From assembly GCA_046725935.1 (NCBI GenBank), contig JBKOZO010000073.1, positions 9,341 through 73,340 of the forward strand: DNA of 64,000 nucleotides, given 5' to 3'. Numbering within the stretch: position 1 is the stretch's first letter; the number at the start of each line of letters is the position of its first letter. The notes beneath the pieces are model-generated. The model was not told the origin of the DNA. It was given only the letters and a program-made list of their open reading frames with translations, and did not search any database. The stretch is from Acidobacteriota bacterium. Lineage in GTDB: Bacteria > Acidobacteriota > Thermoanaerobaculia > UBA5066 > Gp7-AA6. The position numbers were made by a program, and so were the translations under genes. Below are positions 56,032 through 64,000 of this stretch, one piece after another.

Positions 56032-56481
56032 TCAGCTCCGCTTCGCCGCCTGCGCCGCGAGCTCGTCGTGCATCCTCCGCTCGCGCGCTACAGCCTCGTC
56101 AGTACGCACGTCGTCTGCCGGCAAGTCCGACATCTCGTAGACCTGCCGGATCTCGATCTCGGACACCTCGTCGTCGCCGAACGGGGCGGGGCAGCGCTTC
56201 ACCCACTCGATCGCTTCCTCTTTCGATTTGACCTGGATCAGCCAGAATCCGGCGACGAGCTCCTTGGTCTCCGCGAAGGGTCCGTCGATCACGGACCGTT
56301 TCCCGTGGTCGAAGCGGACGCGGGCGCCCTTGGAGCTCGGCTGGAGGCCCTCGGCGGCCAGCATCACGCCCGCCTTCACCATCTCCTCGTTGAACCGGCC
56401 CACCGCCTCAATGGCCTCCCACTTGGGCGGCGCGCCGGTCTCGGAATCCTTGTTCGCCTTGAGGATCACCATGAAACGCAT
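56032..56481 (-). CDS. YciI-family protein
   Basis: 149 aa with MRFMVILKAN...DGPFAETKELVAGFWLIQVKSKEEAIEW, typical of YciI/DGPF proteins. Confidence 0.85.
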   Translation of the reverse strand: MRFMVILKANKDSETGAPPKWEAIEAVGRFNEEMVKAGVMLAAEGLQPSSKGARVRFDHGKRSVIDGPFAETKELVAGFWLIQVKSKEEAIEWVKRCPAPFGDDEVSEIEIRQVYEMSDLPADDVRTDEAVARERRMHDELAAQAAKRS

Positions 56482-56828
56482 TGCAGACTCCTTTCGTTCT
56501 CCGTGAGAACCGGGTCACCGGGACGTCCGCCGGTCCGAAATCCCGCTCTCTGACAGAACGACGAACGATACCGGCCGAAATCGACAACCGGCGATCAGGA
56601 TTTTCTCGCGCCGGCAAGGAGGACAGCGATGATCAAATATCCCAACGGGGGCATCGAGCCCTTCTCATCGTCGGGTTTTCTTGGCGTCGGCAGACAAGGC
56701 CGCGCGCGTTCAGCGGGACTGTCAGCGAACCACCCGCCTCCGGTCGCCATTTCTGGGTTTCCAACTGCAGTCGGAAACGAGAGAGCGCCCGATTTCTCAG
56801 GCGCTTGCCTGGCGGCAGGGAGCGGGGT

Positions 56829-56927
56829 TGGCGGAAGCGTGTGGGAGTCGAACCCACCCGTCCCGGCGTTCGCCGCGACGCCGACGGATTTGAAGTCCGC
56901 GGGGGTCACCGGACCCCGTGCGCCTCC
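56829..56927 (-). tRNA. selC: tRNA-Sec (selenocysteine, anticodon UCA)
   Basis: The 99-nt reverse-strand sequence is GGAGGCGCACGGGGTCCGGTGACCCCCGCGGACTTCAAATCCGTCGGCGTCGCGGCGAACGCCGGGACGGGTGGGTTCGACTCCCACACGCTTCCGCCA. It has a 6-bp D-stem with a 4-nt loop, anticodon loop CTTCAAA, a long variable arm, T-loop GGTTCGACTCC and an encoded CCA. It closely parallels E. coli selC. Confidence 0.87.
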
Positions 56928-56973
56928 GGAACCGGATTATTAACCGGATCCTGCCCGCCGGCGGAGGCGCCGC

Positions 56974-57627
56974 CTAGCGGTTCGCGACCGTCTCGGTAGA
57001 AACGCCGGGCTCGAAGCGGCGGAATACGAGCGCGACCAGGCCGAGCCGGATGGAATCGCCGTCGCGGAGAGGGTGACTGCCTTCGAGCCGGTGATTGCGC
57101 AGGAACGTTCCGTTCTTGCTGCCGAGGTCCTCGAGGCGCGCGGCCGTCCCGTCGATGACGATGCGTGCGTGGTGGCGGGACACGGATGCGTGGTCCACCG
57201 GAATGTCCGCGTCGGGGTCGCGGCCGAGCACGTACGTCCCTTCCGCGAGGGCAATTTCGCGTTCTCCCCACACGAGGGCGTAGAGCGACGGCGGCGCGGG
57301 GACGGCTGCCTTTGCGCCGCTTTCGACGACTTCGCCGTGGAAGGCGTAACCGAAGCGGGGCACCGTGCGCACGAATCGAGGCGCGTTCGCGTCGTCTCCG
57401 ATCACTTCGCGCAGCTCGGCCACGAGACGGGCGAGGTTGCCTTCGGCCACGAAAACCCCCGGCCAGAGGGCTTCCATCAGGTTGTCTTTGGAAACGGCGG
57501 CGGGCCGCTGCGCAAGGAGCAGCTCCAGCAGGCGAAAGACCTTGGGCGGAACGTGAACAACCGCGCCGCGGCGCGACAGCTCACGTGTCCGGCCGTCGAA
57601 GACGCAATCCCCGAAGGAAACGGTCAT
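56974..57627 (-). CDS. Transcriptional regulator: N-terminal OmpR/CadC-type winged helix fused to a C-terminal FHA domain
   Basis: The wHTH region reads LSRRGAVVHVPPKVFRLLELLLAQRPAAVSKDNLMEALW...VRTVPRFGYAF. The FHA region reads LGRDPDADIPVDHASVSRHHARI...LEDLGSKNGTFLRN. This is a mini-EmbR-like layout without the BTAD domain. Confidence 0.8.
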   Translation of the reverse strand: MTVSFGDCVFDGRTRELSRRGAVVHVPPKVFRLLELLLAQRPAAVSKDNLMEALWPGVFVAEGNLARLVAELREVIGDDANAPRFVRTVPRFGYAFHGEVVESGAKAAVPAPPSLYALVWGEREIALAEGTYVLGRDPDADIPVDHASVSRHHARIVIDGTAARLEDLGSKNGTFLRNHRLEGSHPLRDGDSIRLGLVALVFRRFEPGVSTETVANR

Positions 57628-57650
57628 CGCGTCGACGAATTGTACTTCCG

Positions 57651-57718
57651 GCGCGAAAACGAAGCGAAAGCGAAGGGGAAACGAAAGACGCGCGACGCCG
57701 TCTCGCTGGATCGTCTAC
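57651..57718 (+). promoter_or_regulatory. Purine-rich conserved leader/upstream element, copy A (shared with 59641-59708)
   Basis: The sequence is gcgcGAAAAcGAAgcGAAAgcGAAggggAAAcGAAAGACGCGCgacgccGTCTcGCTGGATCgtctac. The blocks CGCGAAAA, CGAAAGACGCGC and CGCTGGATC recur upstream of the paralog. Confidence 0.5.
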
Positions 57719-57758
57719 CTGTCGGCCCCGGTCGACCCCGGCGGCCGGAGGAGGCCAC

Positions 57759-59630
57759 ATGGTTCCCAGGATTTCCCGCTTATCCTTCATCCTCCCCTTC
57801 GCGCTTCTCGGCGTTCTGCTGGCCGCGCCGGCGACGCTCCGGGCGGGTCAGAACAGCTGGACCGGAAGCCGGCCCAGAGAGGCCCGAACCGATTACGCCA
57901 ATCTGATCGCCGCGGTCCCGAGCAATCCCTATGTCGTTTTCGCGGTCTTCGAGCCAGATCTGTACAAGAGCAACGACGGGGGACGCACCTGGACAAGAGT
58001 CGCCTCGTTTACCTGGATCCACTCTCTCCTGGTTCATCCCGCGGACGCCACGATCTACGTCGGCGCCGCCCTCCTCGACGGCGCGCTGGCCACCGTCTTT
58101 CGAAGCGACGACTCCGGCGCGACGTGGACGCAGCTCACGATGGCCGGGTCAACCGATGTCTTCGTCGACACGTTGGCCGGCGCTCCGAGCGACGCCGGCA
58201 CCGTTTACGCGGGCTCGGTAGACGGCTGGGTCTACCAGACGAGGGATGCGGGGGCGACTTGGACGAGAGGCCCGAATCTCGCCAATATCATTTCCGAGCT
58301 CGTGGTCCACCCAACGGAACCACAGGTCGTCTACACCGGCACGGACGCAAGCTACTACTATTTCTTCGGAGAGGCCTCCATCGAAAAATCGGTTGACGGA
58401 GGAGTGCACTGGTCCAACCTGAATCCAGGAGACTTCGGCTCCGTGACCGCACTCGCGATCGATACGTCCTCAAGGCTCTACATGAACGTCGAGTCGGACG
58501 CCGGCCCCCCTACCGAGTTGCGCGGTCTGCTTCGTTCCGACGATGACGGCTCCAACTGGACACAGGTGGGCAGAGGGCTTCCGACCGACATCTACGTGAG
58601 CAGCCTCGTTACCGATCCGCATGCCCCGGGCACCCTATACGCCGGGACTTCGTCCGGCGTCTATCGCAGCCGTGACTCGGGAGAGAACTGGACACGGGTC
58701 GGCCTCCTGCTGTCGAGCGTCTTTTCGCTCCAGCTCGACGACACCGGCCGTTTTCTCCAGGCGGGCACGGACGCCGGGGCCTACGCCCTCGAGATCATCC
58801 GCGGTCCGATCGACCTTGCCGCGAGAGGTTCCGATACGCCGACGCTGTTCTTCGATTCGGATCGGCTCACGATTCGCACGATGGACGACGGCGGCGACTG
58901 GCGGGGCACCTCCTCCGACGATCCTTCGACGACCTGGACGGCCACGGCGATCGCCGCCGGAGCGGACGGGCTCACGCGCGTTCTGTGGCAGTGCGCTGAC
59001 GGCCGATGGGGAATCGAGATAGTCGGTCCGTCGGGACGGCAGGCCGTGCACGTCTTTTCGATCACGAGCAGCCTCGCGCCGGTGGATGTCGCCGTGGGGG
59101 CCGATGGCGCGGCCCGGGTCCTTTTCTCTAACGGCGTGGGAGTCATGCAGATTGCGAGCGTGGACTCCTCCGGCGCGCTCCACGCGGGCATCGTGTACGG
59201 GCCGGCTCCAGGCTGGACGGCGGTGTCCATCGCGGACGGTCCCGGCGGGAACCGTGTGCTCTGGCGGTGCACCGACGGGCGCGGCGGCATTTCGCTCCAC
59301 GACACGGAAGGCGCGATGACGGGATCTTCCAAGTGGGTGGCGAGCGCGGGATTCCTGGCCGAGGACCTGGCCGTGGGAGCGGACGGGCATGCGCGACTGC
59401 TCCGCACGAACGCCGGCGGAGTCGCCGAGGTTTCGACACTCGACGCTGCGGGTCAGCCGACGGCGGCACAGACCTTCACCAGTCTCGGATTCACGCCCCG
59501 CCGCATCGCGGCCGGCGCCGACGGTACGACGAGACTGCTCTGGAACGCGGCCGACGGCACGGGCCAGATCTGGATCCTCAACTTGGACAACACGGAGCGT
59601 TCCCGGATCGAAACACCCACGGGGCCATAG
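57759..59630 (+). CDS. Secreted two-propeller protein, paralog 1: BNR/Asp-box propeller plus a C-terminal array of six ~46-aa repeats
   Basis: 623 aa with SD GGAGGAGG and a signal peptide. It has 6 Asp-boxes (SNDGGRTW, SDDSGATW, TRDAGATW, SVDGGVHW, SDDDGSNW, SRDSGENW). The C-terminal repeats follow the pattern (I/V)AxGADGxxR(V/L)LWxxxDGxGxI. Confidence 0.8.
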   Translation: MVPRISRLSFILPFALLGVLLAAPATLRAGQNSWTGSRPREARTDYANLIAAVPSNPYVVFAVFEPDLYKSNDGGRTWTRVASFTWIHSLLVHPADATIYVGAALLDGALATVFRSDDSGATWTQLTMAGSTDVFVDTLAGAPSDAGTVYAGSVDGWVYQTRDAGATWTRGPNLANIISELVVHPTEPQVVYTGTDASYYYFFGEASIEKSVDGGVHWSNLNPGDFGSVTALAIDTSSRLYMNVESDAGPPTELRGLLRSDDDGSNWTQVGRGLPTDIYVSSLVTDPHAPGTLYAGTSSGVYRSRDSGENWTRVGLLLSSVFSLQLDDTGRFLQAGTDAGAYALEIIRGPIDLAARGSDTPTLFFDSDRLTIRTMDDGGDWRGTSSDDPSTTWTATAIAAGADGLTRVLWQCADGRWGIEIVGPSGRQAVHVFSITSSLAPVDVAVGADGAARVLFSNGVGVMQIASVDSSGALHAGIVYGPAPGWTAVSIADGPGGNRVLWRCTDGRGGISLHDTEGAMTGSSKWVASAGFLAEDLAVGADGHARLLRTNAGGVAEVSTLDAAGQPTAAQTFTSLGFTPRRIAAGADGTTRLLWNAADGTGQIWILNLDNTERSRIETPTGP

Positions 59631-59640
59631 CCTCGGTTTC

Positions 59641-59708
59641 CGCGAAAAGCGAATCCAAAACGAAGTAGAAGCGAAAGACGCGCTCGGTCTTCCCGCTGGA
59701 TCTTCACG
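59641..59708 (+). promoter_or_regulatory. Purine-rich conserved leader/upstream element, copy B
   Basis: The sequence is cgcGAAAAgcGAAtccAAAAcGAAgtaGAAgcGAAAGACGCGCtcgGTCTtcccGCTGGATCttcac. Confidence 0.5.
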
Positions 59709-59743
59709 TTGCGGGCGCCGCTGTTACGGTGCCGGGAGGCAAC

Positions 59744-61615
59744 ATGATCGAGAAGAGCGCGCATCGGTGGTGCATCGGATTTCTGGCGAGCGTTCTCATT
59801 CTGCTGATCGCACCGGCCGCCGCCCGCGCGGATCAGAACACCTTCACAGGCTCCGGCGTCGTCGGCTCCGGGGCAGGCGCCGACCACATCGCCGCCGATC
59901 CGTCGAACCCCTACATCGTGTATGCGGTGTTCCAGCCGGCCCTCTATCGCAGCGATGACGGGGGCAGGACCTGGACGCTTCTGAAGGGAGGGTTCGACAC
60001 CATACACGCCCTGCTCGTCCATCCGGCCGAGCCGACGACGATTTACATCAGCGCCTCCGATGGCAACGGGCAGTCTGTCGTCTACAAGAGCACGGACCGC
60101 GGCCAGACCTTCGCCAAGCTTTTTCTGTCCCCACTTTCCTTCGACTACGTCCTGGTCCTGGCCGGAGATCCTTCGGATGCCTCCACGGTGTACGCGGGAA
60201 CCGTCTTCGGAATGTTCTATAAATCGAGTGACGGGGGCGCGACCTGGGCGACGGGCCAGAGCTTGAGCGGCGCCGTCGCTCAGCTCGTGATCGATCCGAG
60301 CGACCGCAGGAACGTCTACGCCGGCACGGAAGCCGACTTCTACTACTTCACCTTCGGGCAGTTCGAGAAGAGCACGGACTCGGGAACGACCTTCACCTCC
60401 CACAGCCCGGGACCGTTTCAGACCGTCACCGCGCTGGCGATCGATCCCCATTTGCCGTCGAAGCTCTACATGGGCGTGGATTCCGCTGAATACCTGCGAG
60501 GCCTCTTCACCTCGAACGACGGCGGGACGAGCTGGCTTCCATCCGGGGCTGGGCTCCCGGGCGCACCGGTATCCGGCATCGTGACCGACCCGAACGCTCT
60601 GGCGATCGTTTACGCCGGCACGCGCGAGGGAGTCTTCCGCAGCTTGGACGCGGGAGCGACCTGGGCACCGTTCGGCTCACGACTGGGACTCTCGGTCAAC
60701 TCGTTGACGATGAGTGGAGACGGGCGGTTCCTGCACGCGGGAACGGATCAGGGAGCATTCGACCTGGAGATCGTTCGGGGCCCGATCGACGTCGCGGGCG
60801 GCGCGTCGGGCGACAGCCAACTTCTACTCTGGATCGATAACCAGCTCTTTTTCGGCTCGCTCGACGCGTCCGGAGGGTGGTCGGGGGCACCCCCCAGCGC
60901 CACGTCAACGACCTGGACCCCCACGGCAATCGCGCGGGAACCCGACGGAAGCCCGCGGATCCTGTGGCAGTGCAACGACGGCCGCTGGGGGTTGCAGAGC
61001 TTCGGACCACTGGTCAGCGAATCCGTGGTGTTCCCGCAGGGGAGCGTGGCTCCGGCAGACATCGCGGCTGCGTCCGATGGGCAGACCTGGATCCTCTTCA
61101 CCGGCGTCACGGGCCAGATGTTCGTCGTCAAGACAGACTCCTCGGGGACGCCGACGTTCCACCAGGCGTACGGCCCGGCGGCGGGCTGGAGCGCGGTCGC
61201 GATCGCGGACAGTTCCGAGGGCGCCTGGGTCCTGTGGCGCTGTACCGACGGCCGCGCGGGTCTCTCTCTTCACGACGCAGGCGGCGTCATGCTCCGCTCC
61301 CTTCAGTGGCCAGCGGGGCCCGGTCTCGCGGCCGAGGACATCACGGTCGGCGCCGACGGACGCGCGCGCCTCCTGCGCGCAAGCGCAAACGGACATATGG
61401 AGATATCGACCGTCGACGCGGCGGGTCAGCTGACCGCCGGTCAGAGCTACGACAACTCGGGGTTCGCGGCGCGCCGAATCTCCGCGGGCTCGGACGGCCT
61501 GACGCGGGTCCTCTGGAATGCGCCGGACGGCAGCGGCAGTGTGTGGCTGTTCAAGGCGGACAACACGCCCAGCGCCAAGCACGACACTCCAACGGACCTG
61601 AGCGGGTCTGACTGA
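59744..61615 (+). CDS. Secreted two-propeller protein, paralog 2
   Basis: It is also 623 aa, with SD GGGAGG. The architecture is the same and roughly half the residues are identical to paralog 1 by eye. Its Asp-boxes are SDDGGRTW, STDRGQTF, SSDGGATW, STDSGTTF, SNDGGTSW and SLDAGATW. Confidence 0.8.
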   Translation: MIEKSAHRWCIGFLASVLILLIAPAAARADQNTFTGSGVVGSGAGADHIAADPSNPYIVYAVFQPALYRSDDGGRTWTLLKGGFDTIHALLVHPAEPTTIYISASDGNGQSVVYKSTDRGQTFAKLFLSPLSFDYVLVLAGDPSDASTVYAGTVFGMFYKSSDGGATWATGQSLSGAVAQLVIDPSDRRNVYAGTEADFYYFTFGQFEKSTDSGTTFTSHSPGPFQTVTALAIDPHLPSKLYMGVDSAEYLRGLFTSNDGGTSWLPSGAGLPGAPVSGIVTDPNALAIVYAGTREGVFRSLDAGATWAPFGSRLGLSVNSLTMSGDGRFLHAGTDQGAFDLEIVRGPIDVAGGASGDSQLLLWIDNQLFFGSLDASGGWSGAPPSATSTTWTPTAIAREPDGSPRILWQCNDGRWGLQSFGPLVSESVVFPQGSVAPADIAAASDGQTWILFTGVTGQMFVVKTDSSGTPTFHQAYGPAAGWSAVAIADSSEGAWVLWRCTDGRAGLSLHDAGGVMLRSLQWPAGPGLAAEDITVGADGRARLLRASANGHMEISTVDAAGQLTAGQSYDNSGFAARRISAGSDGLTRVLWNAPDGSGSVWLFKADNTPSAKHDTPTDLSGSD

Positions 61616-61666
61616 CAACGACGTCGGCTGCGGCGCCGGGCGGGGACCCTCGCCGGCGTCGTCTGT

Positions 61667-63199
61667 CTACGAGCCCGTTCGCACCCCGCCGGCACGCAAC
61701 AGGAAGCGCTGGAGCTTGCCGGTCGCGGTGCGGGGCAGCTCGGGCACGAAAGTGATCCACCTCGGGCACTTGTAGCCCTCGATGCGCTCGCGGGCGAACG
61801 ACCGCAGCGCGTCGGCGAGACCCTCGGAAGCGGCGCCGTCGCGCACCACGACGAAGGCGTGCGCCTTGACCAGGCGATCGTCGTCCGTCTGGCCGATCAC
61901 CGCGCACTCGAGGACCGCCGGATGCGCGGACAGCGCGGACTCCACCTCGACCGGAGAGACCCAGATGCCGCCGACCTTGAGCATGTCGTCGCTGCGTCCG
62001 GCGTGCCAGTAATAGCCGTCGGCGTCGCGCCGATACTTGTCGCCTGTCCGGATCCAGTCGCCCTCGAGCGCGCGCTTCGTGGCCTCGTGCTTGTTCCAGT
62101 AGAACGCCATAGTGGAGTCGCCGCGCACGAGAAGATCCCCGATCTCGCCCGCCGGGACCTCGCTCCCGTCCTCTCGCGCCAGGCGGACGTCGTAGCCCGG
62201 AATGACGGTGCCGCTCGAGCCCGCCCGCGCCGCGCCGGCGCGATTGGAGAGAAAGCAGTGGCAGACCTCGGTCGAACCGATGCCGTCGAGGATCTCCAGG
62301 CCCGTCGCCTCGCGCCAGCGTTCGAAGAGGATCGGCGGCAGGGACTCCCCCGCGCTGAAACAGGCGCGCACGCTCGAGAAGTCGGCCTTCGCGCCCTTCT
62401 CGATCGCAGCGAGCATGTTGGCGTACGCCGTGGGCACGCCGAAGAAGAGCGTCGGCCGGTGGCGGCGCACCTGGGCGAAGACCGCGTCGGGGGTCGGACG
62501 CCCGGCGAACAGGACGCCGGCCGCGCCCGCGTCGTACGGAAGGTACTGCGCGTTGCCCAGGCCGTACGCGAAGAAGAGCTTCGCGACCGAGAAGCAGCGG
62601 TCCTCCGCGCGCATGCGGAGCACCGCGTCGCCGTAGGTGCGGCTGCAGATCCACATGTCGTGCTGCAGATGGACGACGCCCTTGGGCTCCCCCGTCGTGC
62701 CGCTCGAGTACAGCATGAAGGCGAAGCCGTCGCGGTGGGTCGCGGCGTAGTCCGCCGGATCGGCTTCCGCGAGAAGGGTCGCGGTCTCCGATACCCTCCA
62801 CGTGGCGCAATGGGCGGGCGCGATGGCGTATCCGTCGGCCAGGCCGGGGTCGAAGACCAGCAGGCGCGGTTCGCAGTCGGCGAGGATGGAACGCAGATGC
62901 ACGGCCTTGAGGCTCGGGTTCAGCGGCGTCGCGACGGCGCCCGCGGCGATGGCGCCCCAGAAGGCGATCGAGAAGAGCGGACCGTCGGAAAGGATCAGGG
63001 AGACCCGGTCGCCGGAATGGAGTCCTTCCTCCCGAAGCACGCCGGCGAAGCGGCGCACCTCCAGATCCAGCTCCGCGTAGGTCGTCTCGCCTTCGTCGCT
63101 GACGATCGCGACGCGGCCGCCGCGGCCTTCGGCGGCATGGCGGCCGACGAACCAGGAGGCCGCGTTGAACCGCTCGGGCAGGTAATCCGCGGCGCGCAT
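61667..63199 (-). CDS. AMP-dependent aryl-CoA ligase (benzoate/4-hydroxybenzoate-CoA ligase family)
   Basis: 510 aa with the AMP-binding motif MLYSSGTTGEPKGV and GDKYRRDADGYYWHAGRSDDMLKVGGIWVSP. Confidence 0.85.
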   Translation of the reverse strand: MRAADYLPERFNAASWFVGRHAAEGRGGRVAIVSDEGETTYAELDLEVRRFAGVLREEGLHSGDRVSLILSDGPLFSIAFWGAIAAGAVATPLNPSLKAVHLRSILADCEPRLLVFDPGLADGYAIAPAHCATWRVSETATLLAEADPADYAATHRDGFAFMLYSSGTTGEPKGVVHLQHDMWICSRTYGDAVLRMRAEDRCFSVAKLFFAYGLGNAQYLPYDAGAAGVLFAGRPTPDAVFAQVRRHRPTLFFGVPTAYANMLAAIEKGAKADFSSVRACFSAGESLPPILFERWREATGLEILDGIGSTEVCHCFLSNRAGAARAGSSGTVIPGYDVRLAREDGSEVPAGEIGDLLVRGDSTMAFYWNKHEATKRALEGDWIRTGDKYRRDADGYYWHAGRSDDMLKVGGIWVSPVEVESALSAHPAVLECAVIGQTDDDRLVKAHAFVVVRDGAASEGLADALRSFARERIEGYKCPRWITFVPELPRTATGKLQRFLLRAGGVRTGS

Positions 63200-63218
63200 C
63201 GACTTACTCCGGCCGCGA

Positions 63219-64000
63219 CTACCCCTTGACGCAGACGACCTGTTTGAGGCGAGAGACGATCTCGACTAGGTCCGAGGAATTCTCGATGACCTCGCCGATC
63301 GGCTTGTAGGCCCCCGGGATCTCGTCGAGCACGCCCGCGTCCTTGCGGCACTCGACGCCCTCGGTCTGCGCCGCGAGGTCCTCCTTGGTGAACGTCCGGC
63401 GCGCGGCTCCGCGGCTCATCTTGCGGCCGGCGCCGTGGGGAGCGCTCTCGAAGGACTCGGGGTTGCCGAGCCCGCGCACGATGAAGCTGCCCGTTCCCAT
63501 CGAGCCGGGAATGATTCCGAGATCGCCCCGCCGCGCCCGAATCGCGCCCTTGCGCGTGACGGTCACTTCCTCTCCGAAGTGGGTCTCCCACGCGACGTAG
63601 TTGTGGTGGCAGTTGATCGTGGGCTCCCGCGCGAAGTCGCCGGCCACGTGACGGAGATCCTTCAGGACATCCTCCAGCATGATCTGACGGTTGACGAACC
63701 CGAACTCCTGGCACCACTTCAGGTCCTCGACGTACGCGTCGAACTCCCGGCTCCCTTCCGTGAAGTAGGCCAGATCCGAATCCGGCAGCTCGACGGACAG
63801 ATTCTTGAGGATCTTCTTCGCCTTGCCGATGTGCTTTTCGGCGGTGACCTTTCCGATGTTGCGTGATCCGGAGTGGAGCAGGACCCAGACCTTGGCATCG
63901 TCCTGATCGACGCAGATCTCGATGAAGTGGTTGCCGCCGCCGAGCGTGCCGCATTGGTGCGCGGCCTTCTGGATCTCGCCGTCAGAGGCGACCGACGGCC
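63219..64000 (-). CDS. rtcB: RNA-splicing ligase RtcB, C-terminal part (5' end outside window)
   Basis: The frame is open to the window edge. Motifs GTLGGGNHFIE, LHSGSRNIG and PHGAGRKMSR are present, and the protein ends in VCVKG. Confidence 0.92.
   Translation of the reverse strand, partial: PSVASDGEIQKAAHQCGTLGGGNHFIEICVDQDDAKVWVLLHSGSRNIGKVTAEKHIGKAKKILKNLSVELPDSDLAYFTEGSREFDAYVEDLKWCQEFGFVNRQIMLEDVLKDLRHVAGDFAREPTINCHHNYVAWETHFGEEVTVTRKGAIRARRGDLGIIPGSMGTGSFIVRGLGNPESFESAPHGAGRKMSRGAARRTFTKEDLAAQTEGVECRKDAGVLDEIPGAYKPIGEVIENSSDLVEIVSRLKQVVCVKG

Larger units (their letters stand above)
54892..56827. mobile_element. ~1.9-kb decayed integrative islet inserted at tRNA-Sec (no intact integrase)
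   Basis: It is bounded by the tRNA 3'-end direct repeats. The first ~250 bp are visibly AT-richer than the surroundings. It carries only the DHFR-like and YciI genes plus about 850 bp of non-coding DNA. Confidence 0.55.

Noticed and set aside
59696-59713. CTGGATCTTCACGTTGCG in the leader of paralog 2, and CTGGATCGTCTACCTGTC in leader A, considered as sigma-54 promoters.
   Set aside because: The GG to GC distance is one nucleotide too long in copy B, and there is no GC element in copy A. Sigma-54 promoters tolerate spacing changes very poorly.

Overview
This is a very GC-rich bacterial chromosomal segment, roughly two thirds G+C by eye. It is densely coded, and many gene pairs have 4-nt ATGA/GTGA start/stop overlaps. 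The main blocks, in order, are as follows. (1) 1-7.5 kb holds a type IV pilus module, pilB(partial)-pilT-pilC-pilS-pilR, with no pilin gene after pilR. (2) 7.4-19.5 kb holds housekeeping and envelope genes: a BNR propeller protein, galU, moeA, a FabF-like KAS/methyltransferase/FAD-oxidoreductase operon, and a LolA-like/FtsX/ABC exporter. (3) 19.8-41.5 kb is a long run of stress-protection genes. These are ferritin-like proteins, PNPOx/GSP26, Fe/Mn SOD, DUF1328 and lmo0937 micro-membrane proteins, otsB-otsA-GH15, a metallothionein-like protein plus Ku, GT4 plus an amylo-1,6-glucosidase-like enzyme, a BON protein and several short disordered proteins. The same block contains a receiver-AAA+ sigma-54 activator that lacks a DNA-binding domain, next to a DHp-only mini-protein. 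(4) 41.5-54.8 kb holds mixed envelope, phosphoesterase and hydrolase genes. (5) At 54.9-56.9 kb a tRNA-Sec gene has a 27-nt copy of its 3' end 1.9 kb downstream, bracketing a small decayed islet. (6) 57-61.6 kb holds a winged-helix/FHA regulator beside two tandem paralogous secreted double-propeller proteins. (7) The window ends with an aryl-CoA ligase and a partial rtcB. The main result comes from reading intergenic DNA on both strands. About 18 regions between 10.2 and 41.5 kb carry a yGGCACG-N4-TTGCW (-24/-12) motif with exact GG-N10-GC spacing, each pointing at the adjacent gene. This suggests a sigma-54-driven general stress or desiccation regulon, possibly activated without enhancers by the HTH-less activator. 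All functional calls rest on motifs I recognised by eye in the supplied translations. No database search was run.
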